From: Candidatus Poribacteria bacterium
GTDB lineage: Bacteria; Poribacteria; WGA-4E; WGA-3G
DNA length: 64,000 nucleotides
Assembly (NCBI GenBank): GCA_028824575.1
Contig: JAPPDN010001023.1
Coordinates: 25,347-89,346, forward strand
Reading direction: 5' to 3'
The position numbers were made by a program, and so were the translations under genes. The notes beneath the pieces are model-generated. The model did no database searches. It had not been told where the DNA came from and worked only from the letters and a program-made list of their open reading frames with translations. Below, piece after piece: positions 47,261 through 56,554 of the stretch (within the stretch, counting starts at the first letter, position 1; every line of letters begins with the position of its first letter).

Positions 47261-48970
47261 ATGCTTAAATGTCCAGCAACACCCCATCGTCTCCACAAAT
47301 TCAGACACAAAGATAGGTTATATTTAGCGGATCTGAATCTGTTTCGGTTAATTGAAGTCAATCAAATTGCTTGGGATGCTGTGGAATTGTCCGTGACGCT
47401 GAAAACACCTGAGTTAATAGATCAGTTAAGCAAAATCTATCCGAAGCCATCCGTCATTGAAACTTTAGAAGCCTTGGGGGATCTTCAAAATAACGATCAT
47501 ATCTTTTATGCCGATTCACAGCAACATGCACCCACAGAAATTAGAGATCGGTTGAAAATTTATGTGCCCCAAAGCAAAGAGGCATGGTTTAAAGATCCGG
47601 AATCACTTTGCGCCGGAACGAATATCGCTTTATATCAAACAATGCAAAGTCTCTCGAAGTTCGCTGATGTTTACATATCGGGAGAATCAGAAGAAGAAAT
47701 CATTCCTGGCGTTCGCACAATAAAACTTTCGAGGGAGGAACTACAAGAATCACCGAGAAGATTCAATCAAAGCCTGAATGAATTGAAAGTGAACGGCATC
47801 TTGGCTTATCAAACCTGTGGCACTTATGACCTTTTACCCTTGCTCCGGGGCGTTAATGTGCCGATCGTTATCCAAAACCATGGTCCCCGAGGACATGCGG
47901 GTTTAGCGATTAATACCACACTGCTACATCACGCCTTAATGCGTCCGTTTGATGCCATTACGGCACCTTCAGAGTCCGTCGCCAAATTCTACGCAAAATT
48001 CGTCGGGGATACCCACCATTTTCACAGCAATCCCAATGGTGTAGATGCTCAGACCTTCAGACCCATGGATAAATCCGAGGCAAAAGCGCAACTCGCTGAA
48101 CTGATGCAAGATAATCGGATTCAAGAGCAATTCACCGTCGGATTTCTCTCGCGATTCCAACCCGAAAAGGGGGGGCATGTCTTTGTCCAATTGGCTGAAA
48201 AGCATCCGGACCTACTTTTTCTGGTAGGTGGGTCGTATTTACTCCGTCCATCCGCCCAGCAATTACCCGATAACCTCATCTATGTCGGCTTTTTACCTCG
48301 GAAACAGTTACCAATGCTCTACAACGCTTTTGATGTCTACTGTTTTCCGACAATGGCGGGAGAAGAGACGTTTGGACTCACACTCTTGGAAGCCATGGCG
48401 TGCGGGGTCCCCCCCGTGGTTCCGAGGTTTGATGGATTGCCTGAAGTTGTTGGAGAGGCAGGTGTCATTGTCGATGCCGAAGAGTTAGCAGAAGATATGG
48501 CAGGTTTCGCAGCTACTGTTTCCGCGGAGTCCCTATCTAAGGGCGTTCAGGAATTGATTGCGGATGAATTTCGCCTCGAAATCGGACAGAAGGCACGCAC
48601 TCGCGCCCTGACGCTCACATGGGATAACAACGCCAAACGTCTCGTTCAACTTTTCCAAGAATTAAATCAAATCAAACAGAACCAGCGGAACGCACCAGAC
48701 TTATCTGTGGGTTTCGTTAACCATTATGATGCGTTTCAAAATCAAGTGGAGAGTCAAGCACTCCTGCTCAATTTAACACCGTTGTTGGAGGCACCCTTAC
48801 AGAAAAAGAGTGGATATGTTCAAACAATGGAAGAAGGATTGGCACTCACTTTGCTAAAACGGCATACCCCCAAACAGGTGGAAGCCGTTCTATCGCACGT
48901 GTTAGACGATGCATCCAACGCCCCTAAAATTGTTCAAAGGGTTCTGAACTTCCTGAATGTGTTGGCGTAG
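47261..48970 (+). CDS. Fusion protein: N-terminal PqqD/RRE-like domain + GT4-type glycosyltransferase + conserved C-terminal module
   Basis: N-terminus HKFRHKDRLYLADLNLFRLIEVNQIAWDAVELSVTLKTPELIDQLSKIYP...ETLEALGDLQNNDHIF (PqqD-like pattern). GT motif GEETFGLTLLEAMACGVPPVVPRFDGLPEVV. C-terminal EEGLALTLLKRHTPKQVEAVLSHVL is shared with the next gene. Confidence 0.7.
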   Translation: MLKCPATPHRLHKFRHKDRLYLADLNLFRLIEVNQIAWDAVELSVTLKTPELIDQLSKIYPKPSVIETLEALGDLQNNDHIFYADSQQHAPTEIRDRLKIYVPQSKEAWFKDPESLCAGTNIALYQTMQSLSKFADVYISGESEEEIIPGVRTIKLSREELQESPRRFNQSLNELKVNGILAYQTCGTYDLLPLLRGVNVPIVIQNHGPRGHAGLAINTTLLHHALMRPFDAITAPSESVAKFYAKFVGDTHHFHSNPNGVDAQTFRPMDKSEAKAQLAELMQDNRIQEQFTVGFLSRFQPEKGGHVFVQLAEKHPDLLFLVGGSYLLRPSAQQLPDNLIYVGFLPRKQLPMLYNAFDVYCFPTMAGEETFGLTLLEAMACGVPPVVPRFDGLPEVVGEAGVIVDAEELAEDMAGFAATVSAESLSKGVQELIADEFRLEIGQKARTRALTLTWDNNAKRLVQLFQELNQIKQNQRNAPDLSVGFVNHYDAFQNQVESQALLLNLTPLLEAPLQKKSGYVQTMEEGLALTLLKRHTPKQVEAVLSHVLDDASNAPKIVQRVLNFLNVLA

Positions 48971-49025
48971 AACGTTTTCACATTTCTGCGGACGGGCGAG
49001 CATTTGCAACAGTGGAGGATTTACA

Positions 49026-50690
49026 ATGATTCAATTACCCAAAAGCCTTCAGCCAATTCATACATTTGAAGAAGCCGGTGTCTGGTATGTCGCACATCTC
49101 CAGAGGGGAGATGTCCTTAAAATTGACCCACTCACAGCCGATATTCTCACTTTATGTAGCACAACTGATAGCGCAGGGATTGTTAAAAAACTGGCGGACA
49201 CATACACAGAAGGCGAGATTCTTGAAAGTCTGAAAAATTTGAGTGGCGATATGGAGGAATTTCTGTTTGAACCTGAGGACATACCTGCTTTCCGCCGTAA
49301 AATAACGCAATCCAGATTAAGGATTTTTATTCCCCACGGCTTCATGAAGTATAGGGAAGTTCTGGGACCGACAGTGAATGCCGGGATTTATAACCTACTC
49401 GTAACGCTTACAAAATATGCCGATGTGTTTGTAGAGGCTGATAACAATCCTACCGTTATGGAACAGCGGGAGCAGCTAATGGCACTCGGTATTGAGTTCG
49501 TATCCGACCTCTTTGAAGCCAATAAGAATACCCCGGTGCATGCCGCAAATCGTTCTATCATTGAAGAGTGTGACGGCATCCTGACCCTTTCCCCACACCC
49601 ACATGAAGAATTGAATTATTTCCGGCATAACACGATCCCCGTAATTTCGCGCGTCTTTAGTGACAGAAATTTACGCGCAGCAACAATTAACAAAGTCCTC
49701 AGCCACCATTCCCTCCACCGCAGTTTTGATGTGGTTTGTCCAGATACGCCGTGGATATCAGAAGAGTTAGAGACAGTCACAGGGGCGCATTTCAATGGAT
49801 TAACCACGATTCCGAGCGGTGTTGATACTGAAGTCTATTCGCCTCAGAATCGTCAGAAGGCACGCGAAGTCGTCGCTTCCATCGTAGAGGAAGAAAGCAT
49901 TCTACAAATGCCATGTGTTGGATTCATTAATGGCTTTCAACCCCAAAATAACCTCAGAATGATAGAAGAGTTAGCAGTCTTACACAAAGACCTTGCCTTC
50001 ATCATCCTTGACCCAATTCTCTCGCGTCATCATTCCCAAAAACCCCGGAATGTTTTTTACATTGACCTGCAAAGTCCGGAGGATACGCTCGCGCTTTCTT
50101 GGATTTATAGCGCGTGTGAGTTTGTCATATTCCCATCCGTCATTGGGACCCCTTTTTCTATGGTCCTTGAGGCATTGGCGTGCGGGGTACCCGCACTCGC
50201 ACTCGCGCCAACACGTTTGTCTGAAGACTTGCGGGGTTGCATAAAATCCGTACCGATCACCCGAGAGACAACGACGGGTAAATTCGTTATCCCTACGGCT
50301 GCTGTCTCCGAAGAAATAAACGCCCTGCTGCGCGCGCCAAAGCAACGAGCGACCCTATCACGGAAAGCACGGGAAATCGCATCCAATTATTCCTGGGATC
50401 AAACAGCTCGAGAGATTATACAACTCTTTACTGCCCTCAATGAAAAGAAGATGCAGAAGGCAGTACCCACCTATCCCGATGTCGCTTTTTCGCCGTATTA
50501 CAACAAAGCGGAAAATGTCGTAAAAAGTGGTGCCCTACAGTTTGATGGTTTTTTTCAACATCGCGTTGAGGAAGGATTAGCGCAGACACTCTTAGCAGAA
50601 CACACGCCCGAGGAGGTCGGGGTGGTTTTGCGATACATACTCAAGGATGCAGAGAAAGCAGACGAAGTCTTATCTACACTGATATCTTAA
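49026..50690 (+). CDS. Paralogous fusion protein: PqqD/RRE-like domain + GT-B glycosyltransferase + conserved C-terminal module
   Basis: The start at MIQLPKS has a GGAGGA RBS. N-terminus FEEAGVWYVAHLQRGDVLKIDPLTADILTLCSTTDSAGIVKKLADTYTEGEILESLKNL. GT motif GTPFSMVLEALACGVPALALAP. C-terminus EEGLAQTLLAEHTPEEVGVVLRYIL. Confidence 0.7.
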   Translation: MIQLPKSLQPIHTFEEAGVWYVAHLQRGDVLKIDPLTADILTLCSTTDSAGIVKKLADTYTEGEILESLKNLSGDMEEFLFEPEDIPAFRRKITQSRLRIFIPHGFMKYREVLGPTVNAGIYNLLVTLTKYADVFVEADNNPTVMEQREQLMALGIEFVSDLFEANKNTPVHAANRSIIEECDGILTLSPHPHEELNYFRHNTIPVISRVFSDRNLRAATINKVLSHHSLHRSFDVVCPDTPWISEELETVTGAHFNGLTTIPSGVDTEVYSPQNRQKAREVVASIVEEESILQMPCVGFINGFQPQNNLRMIEELAVLHKDLAFIILDPILSRHHSQKPRNVFYIDLQSPEDTLALSWIYSACEFVIFPSVIGTPFSMVLEALACGVPALALAPTRLSEDLRGCIKSVPITRETTTGKFVIPTAAVSEEINALLRAPKQRATLSRKAREIASNYSWDQTAREIIQLFTALNEKKMQKAVPTYPDVAFSPYYNKAENVVKSGALQFDGFFQHRVEEGLAQTLLAEHTPEEVGVVLRYILKDAEKADEVLSTLIS

Positions 50691-50772
50691 CGAAGGGAAT
50701 TTTCAGTGAACAATTTCGCAAGTCAGTACGCCATACACCATTGCGATAAAATTAAAAAGAGGAAACCAAGAA

Positions 50773-52389
50773 ATGTCGAGACTCAAAATTGAACGACTTT
50801 TACGCATTGTTTTTATTTTAATTTTCTGTCTGATGCTGCTTCCATCTTTGGTTAAACGCCTGCTGCCGGCACCTAAGATTATCCAAACGATACCCGCTTT
50901 ATCGGAAACCACTAACATCCCAATTGAAACAAAACAGATTCGGATCGTATTTAATCAGCCGATGACAGAAGAGAAAAACATTCAATATCGAGGTATGCGG
51001 ATCAAAGGTCAACCGAAATGGGTCGATGAGAAGCGAACAATTTTAGCATTGACATTGACAGAACCCCTGGAACCCGAAGCGTTTTATAGTATCGTTTTGA
51101 ATGGAAGTTTAAATGGAAGATCCCAGAGCGATGACACAATGAAAGGGCAGTGGGGGAAACCGCTCCCTGAATATGCCTTGACGTTTATAACCGCGCCCTC
51201 CGAGACGATGCAAAAACGGATCGCTGCGTTTCAGTCGGGCACCCTCCATGACACCGATACCGACGGATTGGATGATACCCTCGAAGCCGAACTTGGCACC
51301 CTTTCTACAACACCTGATACGGATGGAGATGGATTGTCGGATTATGAAGAATATTGCAAATACCGAACAGATCCAACCTCAGCCGATAGTGATAGAGATG
51401 GAATCTCCGACGCAGATTGGAATGAGAGAAGGGAGTATACCTATAGTCTCAGAGTCGTTCTTGATATAAAACCGCCATGGAGTCTTGCGTCGATGAACGA
51501 CCTTTTCCAAGATGCCCGACACCTGGCGCACACGCAGTCTAATTATGAGAAGGTAGAAGTTATCGTTTATCCGTATGCTTCGCCTATGCTACTTCCGACC
51601 CGATATCCTTCTCAAATCGCATCTAAGTCCTTGAAAAAATATATTCAACCCACTTGTGATCTGAATTACTCACCAGAAATGCAGAGGGCAATAAAGGAAA
51701 TACTCTCTAATGAAACGCATACACTTGGGGTTATTGATAGATTGCAGCAGGAAGTCGGTCAAATGAAATTAACCGTGCCGCTTTACGATCCATTTATTTA
51801 TACCTATATGAATCACGGAGAATTGATAGTGGACCAAGAATTTTTCGACAGCATGGACAGAAAAATGACCGAAACAGAGATCGAAGAGGTATTGGCTGTG
51901 AATTACTTTGGGGATTCAATGTTCAAGCGAAAGCAGCACGGGGCTTGTATCTCTCGGGCTCGGATCCTTGCGACAATGTTGAGAGCTGCCGGTATCCCTG
52001 CTCGTGTAACCATGGGGGTGCCTCTGATATATTACTACAAAGGAACAGGTGAATGGGAACATCTTATTAAAAACCTAAATAATGAAGAAGTCGCAGGGAG
52101 TTTCTCTTACGAGCGTCCGTCGGCACCTAATGAAGTTGGCATCGTCGGACACAGTCAGGTTGAAGTTTATCTTAACAACCATTGGATTCGGTTGGGCTAT
52201 CAACTCAATGAAGGTCCTATATTTGCTGCGACAGACCTTGTGTTCATCAAGATCATTGACGCATCGGACTTCGCTTCAATAGATTTTACAAAAACTTGGG
52301 CACCCAGATCCTGGCTTAAAGCGCGTCCTTATCGCACTGTTGCGTTATCAGACCAAGCCGCGAAATATCAACCACATTCCTCCTATTAA
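50773..52389 (+). CDS. Secreted multidomain protein: Ig-like (SbsA/Big_5-type) + thrombospondin-type-3 Ca repeats + transglutaminase-like cysteine protease core
   Basis: Signal anchor LLRIVFILIFCLMLLPSL. IRIVFNQPM Ig-like motif. DTDTDGLDD...DTDGDGLSDYEE...DSDRDGISD repeats. HGACISRARILATMLRAAGIPARVTMG (Cys) and GHSQVEVYLNNHWIRLG (His). Confidence 0.7.
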   Translation: MSRLKIERLLRIVFILIFCLMLLPSLVKRLLPAPKIIQTIPALSETTNIPIETKQIRIVFNQPMTEEKNIQYRGMRIKGQPKWVDEKRTILALTLTEPLEPEAFYSIVLNGSLNGRSQSDDTMKGQWGKPLPEYALTFITAPSETMQKRIAAFQSGTLHDTDTDGLDDTLEAELGTLSTTPDTDGDGLSDYEEYCKYRTDPTSADSDRDGISDADWNERREYTYSLRVVLDIKPPWSLASMNDLFQDARHLAHTQSNYEKVEVIVYPYASPMLLPTRYPSQIASKSLKKYIQPTCDLNYSPEMQRAIKEILSNETHTLGVIDRLQQEVGQMKLTVPLYDPFIYTYMNHGELIVDQEFFDSMDRKMTETEIEEVLAVNYFGDSMFKRKQHGACISRARILATMLRAAGIPARVTMGVPLIYYYKGTGEWEHLIKNLNNEEVAGSFSYERPSAPNEVGIVGHSQVEVYLNNHWIRLGYQLNEGPIFAATDLVFIKIIDASDFASIDFTKTWAPRSWLKARPYRTVALSDQAAKYQPHSSY

Positions 52390-52446
52390 GGAGAGAGTGT
52401 CTGACCCTACCAAATCAGAATTTTAATGACTCAGGAGGTTTTGGAA

Positions 52447-53691
52447 ATGTTACAAATTAACGGACGGTTTAAAACAATCTCGACCCCGGCACTTTTCTTG
52501 ACGACTTTATTGATGAGCATAGGTTTGACGCTAACGCCCCACGCCGACATCGATCGAGGCCTCTTTTGTGCAGAGACACTCAGAGACCCGGGCAGTTTAG
52601 CGGTGAAACTCCAAGACAGGCGTGCCGCAGTGTCTGTATCCATAGCCAAGCGATTGCCGATTAATACACAGCAGTTGTTAGCGGAATACGATGGCCGAAG
52701 CAGTCCATCCTCTGAGCTGCAGGAAACACTACTTGCTGATTTGAATCGACTGATTCAAGTAGAATCTCTCTACGATGCTCAAGTGTTCGCAGATATTCAA
52801 CTCAGTGAACAGACGCAGGCACTCATTTCGCGAAAACCGCAAAGTAGAGAGGCACTGGTTCGCCTAAATCGGCACCTCTTAGCGGATGCCTATCCTTATG
52901 AATTAGCCTCGCCTTCAGAGAAACAGACACCTCGGCATTCTGAAGGTATTGCGCTATGTAGAGAAAATTTGCGGCGGATCAAACTCGCTCTTGACAGTTA
53001 TCGGGCTTCCACAGATACAGACCCGCAATGGCTTTCCGATCTTTCACCACACTATCTCGAGAAGAACGTGCTGCTCTGCCCCGCAGACGCGACAGCCGGG
53101 ACACCCGGCGTCCTAACTGATGGCGGTGCCGACCCAACGCATCCTTGCAGTTATCTCTATGAGATGCGTCCTGCTCAGAAAACCGATCACGAACTTTTAC
53201 GAACACTCGAAGGTGAGATGACACCTATCGTTCGGTGTGAACACCATCGTCTCAACCTAAGCATCAGCGGAAAACTCTATCGTAACGGTCCGCAAAGAGG
53301 CATCTATACCAGCAACAAGACAGAAATATCTTTGCTAACTGACTGTAGGAAAGACCTACAGATGCAACTCGGAGAAGATTTCCTAAAAACGCAGGAAAGT
53401 CGACAGAAACTCAAGAGAGAAGCTGAAAAACTGATTATCAAACAGTTGGTGCCGAAAATCATCAGCCACTCAGAGAAAGAGGTTTACTCTCAACTTGAAG
53501 CGCAACTCGGAAAAGGTCTTCTGAAAACACCAATAGGGAAGGGTGTCTTCAAACAAGTCATAACGCAGGTAAAAGAAAAGCTTAATGAAAAATTACAGTT
53601 GCAACTTCAAGCGCAACTCGGAGCGGAATTTTTTGAAACCCAAGAAGGGAAAGACGTACTTCAACAATTATCCGTGTTGATGTCCCCTTAA
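52447..53691 (+). CDS. Hypothetical secreted protein with C-terminal QLGxxF(L/F)xTQEG repeats
   Basis: The start at MLQINGRF has GGAGG 8 nt upstream. Signal-like ALFLTTLLMSIGLTLTPHA. Repeats are MQLGEDFLKTQESRQ, AQLGKGLLKTPIGKG and AQLGAEFFETQEGKD. Confidence 0.55.
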   Translation: MLQINGRFKTISTPALFLTTLLMSIGLTLTPHADIDRGLFCAETLRDPGSLAVKLQDRRAAVSVSIAKRLPINTQQLLAEYDGRSSPSSELQETLLADLNRLIQVESLYDAQVFADIQLSEQTQALISRKPQSREALVRLNRHLLADAYPYELASPSEKQTPRHSEGIALCRENLRRIKLALDSYRASTDTDPQWLSDLSPHYLEKNVLLCPADATAGTPGVLTDGGADPTHPCSYLYEMRPAQKTDHELLRTLEGEMTPIVRCEHHRLNLSISGKLYRNGPQRGIYTSNKTEISLLTDCRKDLQMQLGEDFLKTQESRQKLKREAEKLIIKQLVPKIISHSEKEVYSQLEAQLGKGLLKTPIGKGVFKQVITQVKEKLNEKLQLQLQAQLGAEFFETQEGKDVLQQLSVLMSP

Positions 53692-53784
53692 GGTCTTTAT
53701 CCCTGAATATATTCTAATCTAAGGTTTCCGCTGTTAGGAAAGATGAAGCACTTAAGTGGATAAAAAAATGGAGGAGGAATTCCC

Positions 53785-55212
53785 ATGTTAATGACATTAA
53801 TTCAAAAAGAAATTATGCATCATGTTCTGAGTGTTCGGTTTGTCGCACTCCTATTGATGTGTGTTTTGCTCATCCCACTGACCCTTTCCATCAATCATCG
53901 TAAGTATAGCCAGAACCTGATAGACTATCAGGAATCGGTGAAACGCGCCCGTACAGAAGCGAAGGAGAATCCACCAGATGCCCAGAACCCAAACACAGAA
54001 GTTTCCAAACTTTTTCTCAAACCGACACCGTTGAGCGTCTTCGCAAGCGGCTTAGAGGAGGCATTGCCTACCTATCTTGGGATGACGCGTAATGGGGTCC
54101 GGCAGGGGTCAACGGGACTTGCTCAGGCATCTGTGGCGTATGTGCTTGGTAATCTTGATTTTCTATTTATTGTGGGGACGGTTTTCAGTCTGTTGGCACT
54201 TCTGTTCACGTTTGATGCCGTTGCTGGAGAGAGAGAAGCTGGGACCCTTCGGGTAAATCTGTCAAACCCCCTTCCCCGAGATGTCTTTTTGTGGAGCAAG
54301 CTGATCGGGGGATACATTGTGTTTGTGGTTCCATTTCTGGTGTCTTTCCTCTTGGGATTGCTCATACTCGTGGGGCAGAAATTTCCTTTAGGCGAGTTCG
54401 AGGTTATTGCACCTGTGTTGGGGCTCCTGCTTATCTCGTTACTTTATATTGCTGTGTTTTTCGCAATAGGTGTGTTCATCTCAACATACCTGGATAACTC
54501 TAAGACGGCACTGATTGTCGCTTTTACGTTTTGGGTATTTGCGGTGCTGGTTGCACCCCGAGGGGCATTTGTGATTGCTAAACTTGGCGCACCTACGCAA
54601 ACACAGCAGGCTGTTTACATGAAAAAAACAGCACTTCACAATAACTTGACGCAAGATAAGCAAAGCAAAATCGATAAAAAAGTGAGTGAAACCTTGGGGA
54701 CCAATTTAAATTTAAACGCGGAGACGCAAAAAAGGTTGGATGAAATCAGAAAACCGATTGAAGAGAAATTCCGATTGGAACTTCAGAACCAATCGGCTAA
54801 GATTGACAAAGAATACCAGCGCGAAAAGGATCGTCAAGAACAGGTTGGAGAAATGCTCTCTCGGATCACGCCAACGTCTTCTCTGATGTATGCTGCGATA
54901 AACCTAACCCAAACGGGTAAGTTAAAAAGGAACGCTTATTTTCAGACAGGTGAAAAGTATTACAGTCAACTTGAGGATTCGTATTTCAGCGAAATTTCCG
55001 ACGATGTGCTGGCACAGATACTGCGAATAGCAGCTCGGATGGACACTTCTTCCGAATCAAAAACAGAAGAAATCCTACCGCCCCCAAGCCTGACGGAACC
55101 CACTTTTTCTGAAACGTTGCGTCGGTCTACCCTGGATGTGTTCCTGCTCGTTTTCGCTGCTTTAGCGTTTACAACGATGGCGTTTCTGAGATTCTTCCGT
55201 TCTGATATTTAA
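53785..55212 (+). CDS. ABC-2-type transporter permease-like membrane protein (no cognate ATPase adjacent)
   Basis: GGAGGAGG RBS. MLMTLIQKEIMHHVLSVRFVALLLMCVLLIPL is a typical ABC-2/NosY-like start. Five further helices, then a long charged coiled segment and a terminal helix. Confidence 0.6.
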   Translation: MLMTLIQKEIMHHVLSVRFVALLLMCVLLIPLTLSINHRKYSQNLIDYQESVKRARTEAKENPPDAQNPNTEVSKLFLKPTPLSVFASGLEEALPTYLGMTRNGVRQGSTGLAQASVAYVLGNLDFLFIVGTVFSLLALLFTFDAVAGEREAGTLRVNLSNPLPRDVFLWSKLIGGYIVFVVPFLVSFLLGLLILVGQKFPLGEFEVIAPVLGLLLISLLYIAVFFAIGVFISTYLDNSKTALIVAFTFWVFAVLVAPRGAFVIAKLGAPTQTQQAVYMKKTALHNNLTQDKQSKIDKKVSETLGTNLNLNAETQKRLDEIRKPIEEKFRLELQNQSAKIDKEYQREKDRQEQVGEMLSRITPTSSLMYAAINLTQTGKLKRNAYFQTGEKYYSQLEDSYFSEISDDVLAQILRIAARMDTSSESKTEEILPPPSLTEPTFSETLRRSTLDVFLLVFAALAFTTMAFLRFFRSDI

Positions 55213-55326
55213 ATCATTGGGCTGGGTCCATCCTTTGAAGGGATTGTGTAAGCAGTCCCTTCAATACGACTCCTGTTCTGACACGGAGCAACTGCAACAC
55301 CGTTTTTTTCATTTGTAAAGCACGAG

Positions 55327-55389
55327 TAAAATTCCCATAGTGACCCCTAAAATTCCCATAGTGACCCCTAAAATTCCCATAGTGACCCC
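55327..55389. repeat. Three perfect tandem copies of a 21-bp unit (iteron-like)
   Basis: TAAAATTCCCATAGTGACCCC occurs three times head-to-tail. An AT-rich stretch and the short inverted repeat GAAAGCGCGTTTCGCGCT follow. The repeats lie 200 bp from the 3' end of the Rep-like gene. Confidence 0.8.
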
Positions 55390-55588
55390 CCGTAATTCTT
55401 AATAAGTATGTAAACCCCTGATTTTACTGGGTTCGTTGAAAGCGCGTTTCGCGCTATATAAGTACTCTTATATTAAAGAAAGAATTATAGAACTCAGCCC
55501 CCACCCCTCCTGTGCAGAATAAAGGCGTTTTGGCGGAGGGGCCCATAAATTTTAATTTTCAACACAAGAAAGAGAAGATTTCGCACCA

Positions 55589-56554
55589 TCAGTCTTTCCT
55601 TTGCGACAACCGCTGAATTTGGCAATGTAACACAACATAGCGTTCAAAATCGCTGGAGATTGATTTCGGCATCACCTGGGCCCTGTGATGGTCACTCACC
55701 CGCTTCCACGTTCCGTCGCGTTGCCGTCTTTCGATCTTCATGTAATCTTCGAGCGGGCACCGATACTGGAGATTGTTGCTATACCAGTAGGTGTCATCGG
55801 TTTTCTGGCATTTCCCGTTGACCCATTCTTCGCGGATCGGTTCAGTTTGTGTCCGTCCTGGGAGGGGCTTGGGATATAACTGAAAGATCGCGGGTTTCGA
55901 TTTAGGGCTCAACCGTTCCAGCATCCCTACCTGCGTGAGTTCGGTGAGTATCGAGTGAAAAGTTGCGAGTTTGATTCGACATCTTTTCGACAGTTCGAGG
56001 AGTGTTGCCTGTTCTGTCTGTCCTGCGGTGTCCTCGTGTGCCTTCCAGTTCGATCGAAGTTTCAACACAATCCAGACGAGGGCGGCTTTCCATGAGATGT
56101 CGCCATCAAAACAGCGTTCCAAGGGACCTCCGGGCCCGCGTGGCACTGCGAACGTCAACGGCTTCCCATCTTTATTGACAGGAACATCCTGATACGGACA
56201 AAGATGATGTCGAATCCGATAGCGTTTTCCCGCAGGGTTGTCAGCGTCGATCGTCTTGAGCCAGCCTTTATCCTTGAGGCTCGTTAAATTCTTGATGATG
56301 TACGGTTTTGACATTCCCGGTCCTAATTTCCCTGATAAATAATTGCCCGACATGGGCCAGGTTATCCCAGAATCCCATGAGCTGCCGTGGTGGAGACACA
56401 GACAAATCATTGCTTGGGCTGTCGTGAGGTTACCCTCTCGGAGTTCCCACAGGACACTATATTGACCGCGGGGCACAGGCAGTGTGTCGGTTTCAAACTC
56501 ATACGGGATCGGGTATTTGCCACCAAGAGGCAGATAAATTTGCTGACTGCTCAT
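55589..56554 (-). CDS. Two-winged-helix DNA-binding protein, candidate replication initiator (Rep-like)
   Basis: Two wHTH-like segments: MSKPYIIKNLTSLKDKGWLKTID and ATLLELSKRCRIKLATFHSILTELTQVGMLERL. Iteron-like repeats are adjacent. An 11-bp perfect inverted repeat (56651-56685) lies upstream of the start. The function is inferred. Confidence 0.4.
   Translation of the reverse strand: MSSQQIYLPLGGKYPIPYEFETDTLPVPRGQYSVLWELREGNLTTAQAMICLCLHHGSSWDSGITWPMSGNYLSGKLGPGMSKPYIIKNLTSLKDKGWLKTIDADNPAGKRYRIRHHLCPYQDVPVNKDGKPLTFAVPRGPGGPLERCFDGDISWKAALVWIVLKLRSNWKAHEDTAGQTEQATLLELSKRCRIKLATFHSILTELTQVGMLERLSPKSKPAIFQLYPKPLPGRTQTEPIREEWVNGKCQKTDDTYWYSNNLQYRCPLEDYMKIERRQRDGTWKRVSDHHRAQVMPKSISSDFERYVVLHCQIQRLSQRKD

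Noticed and set aside
55327-55389. Possible CRISPR array
   Set aside because: The 21-bp units are directly contiguous with no spacers, there are only three copies, and no cas genes are present. They are better explained as iterons or a tandem repeat.
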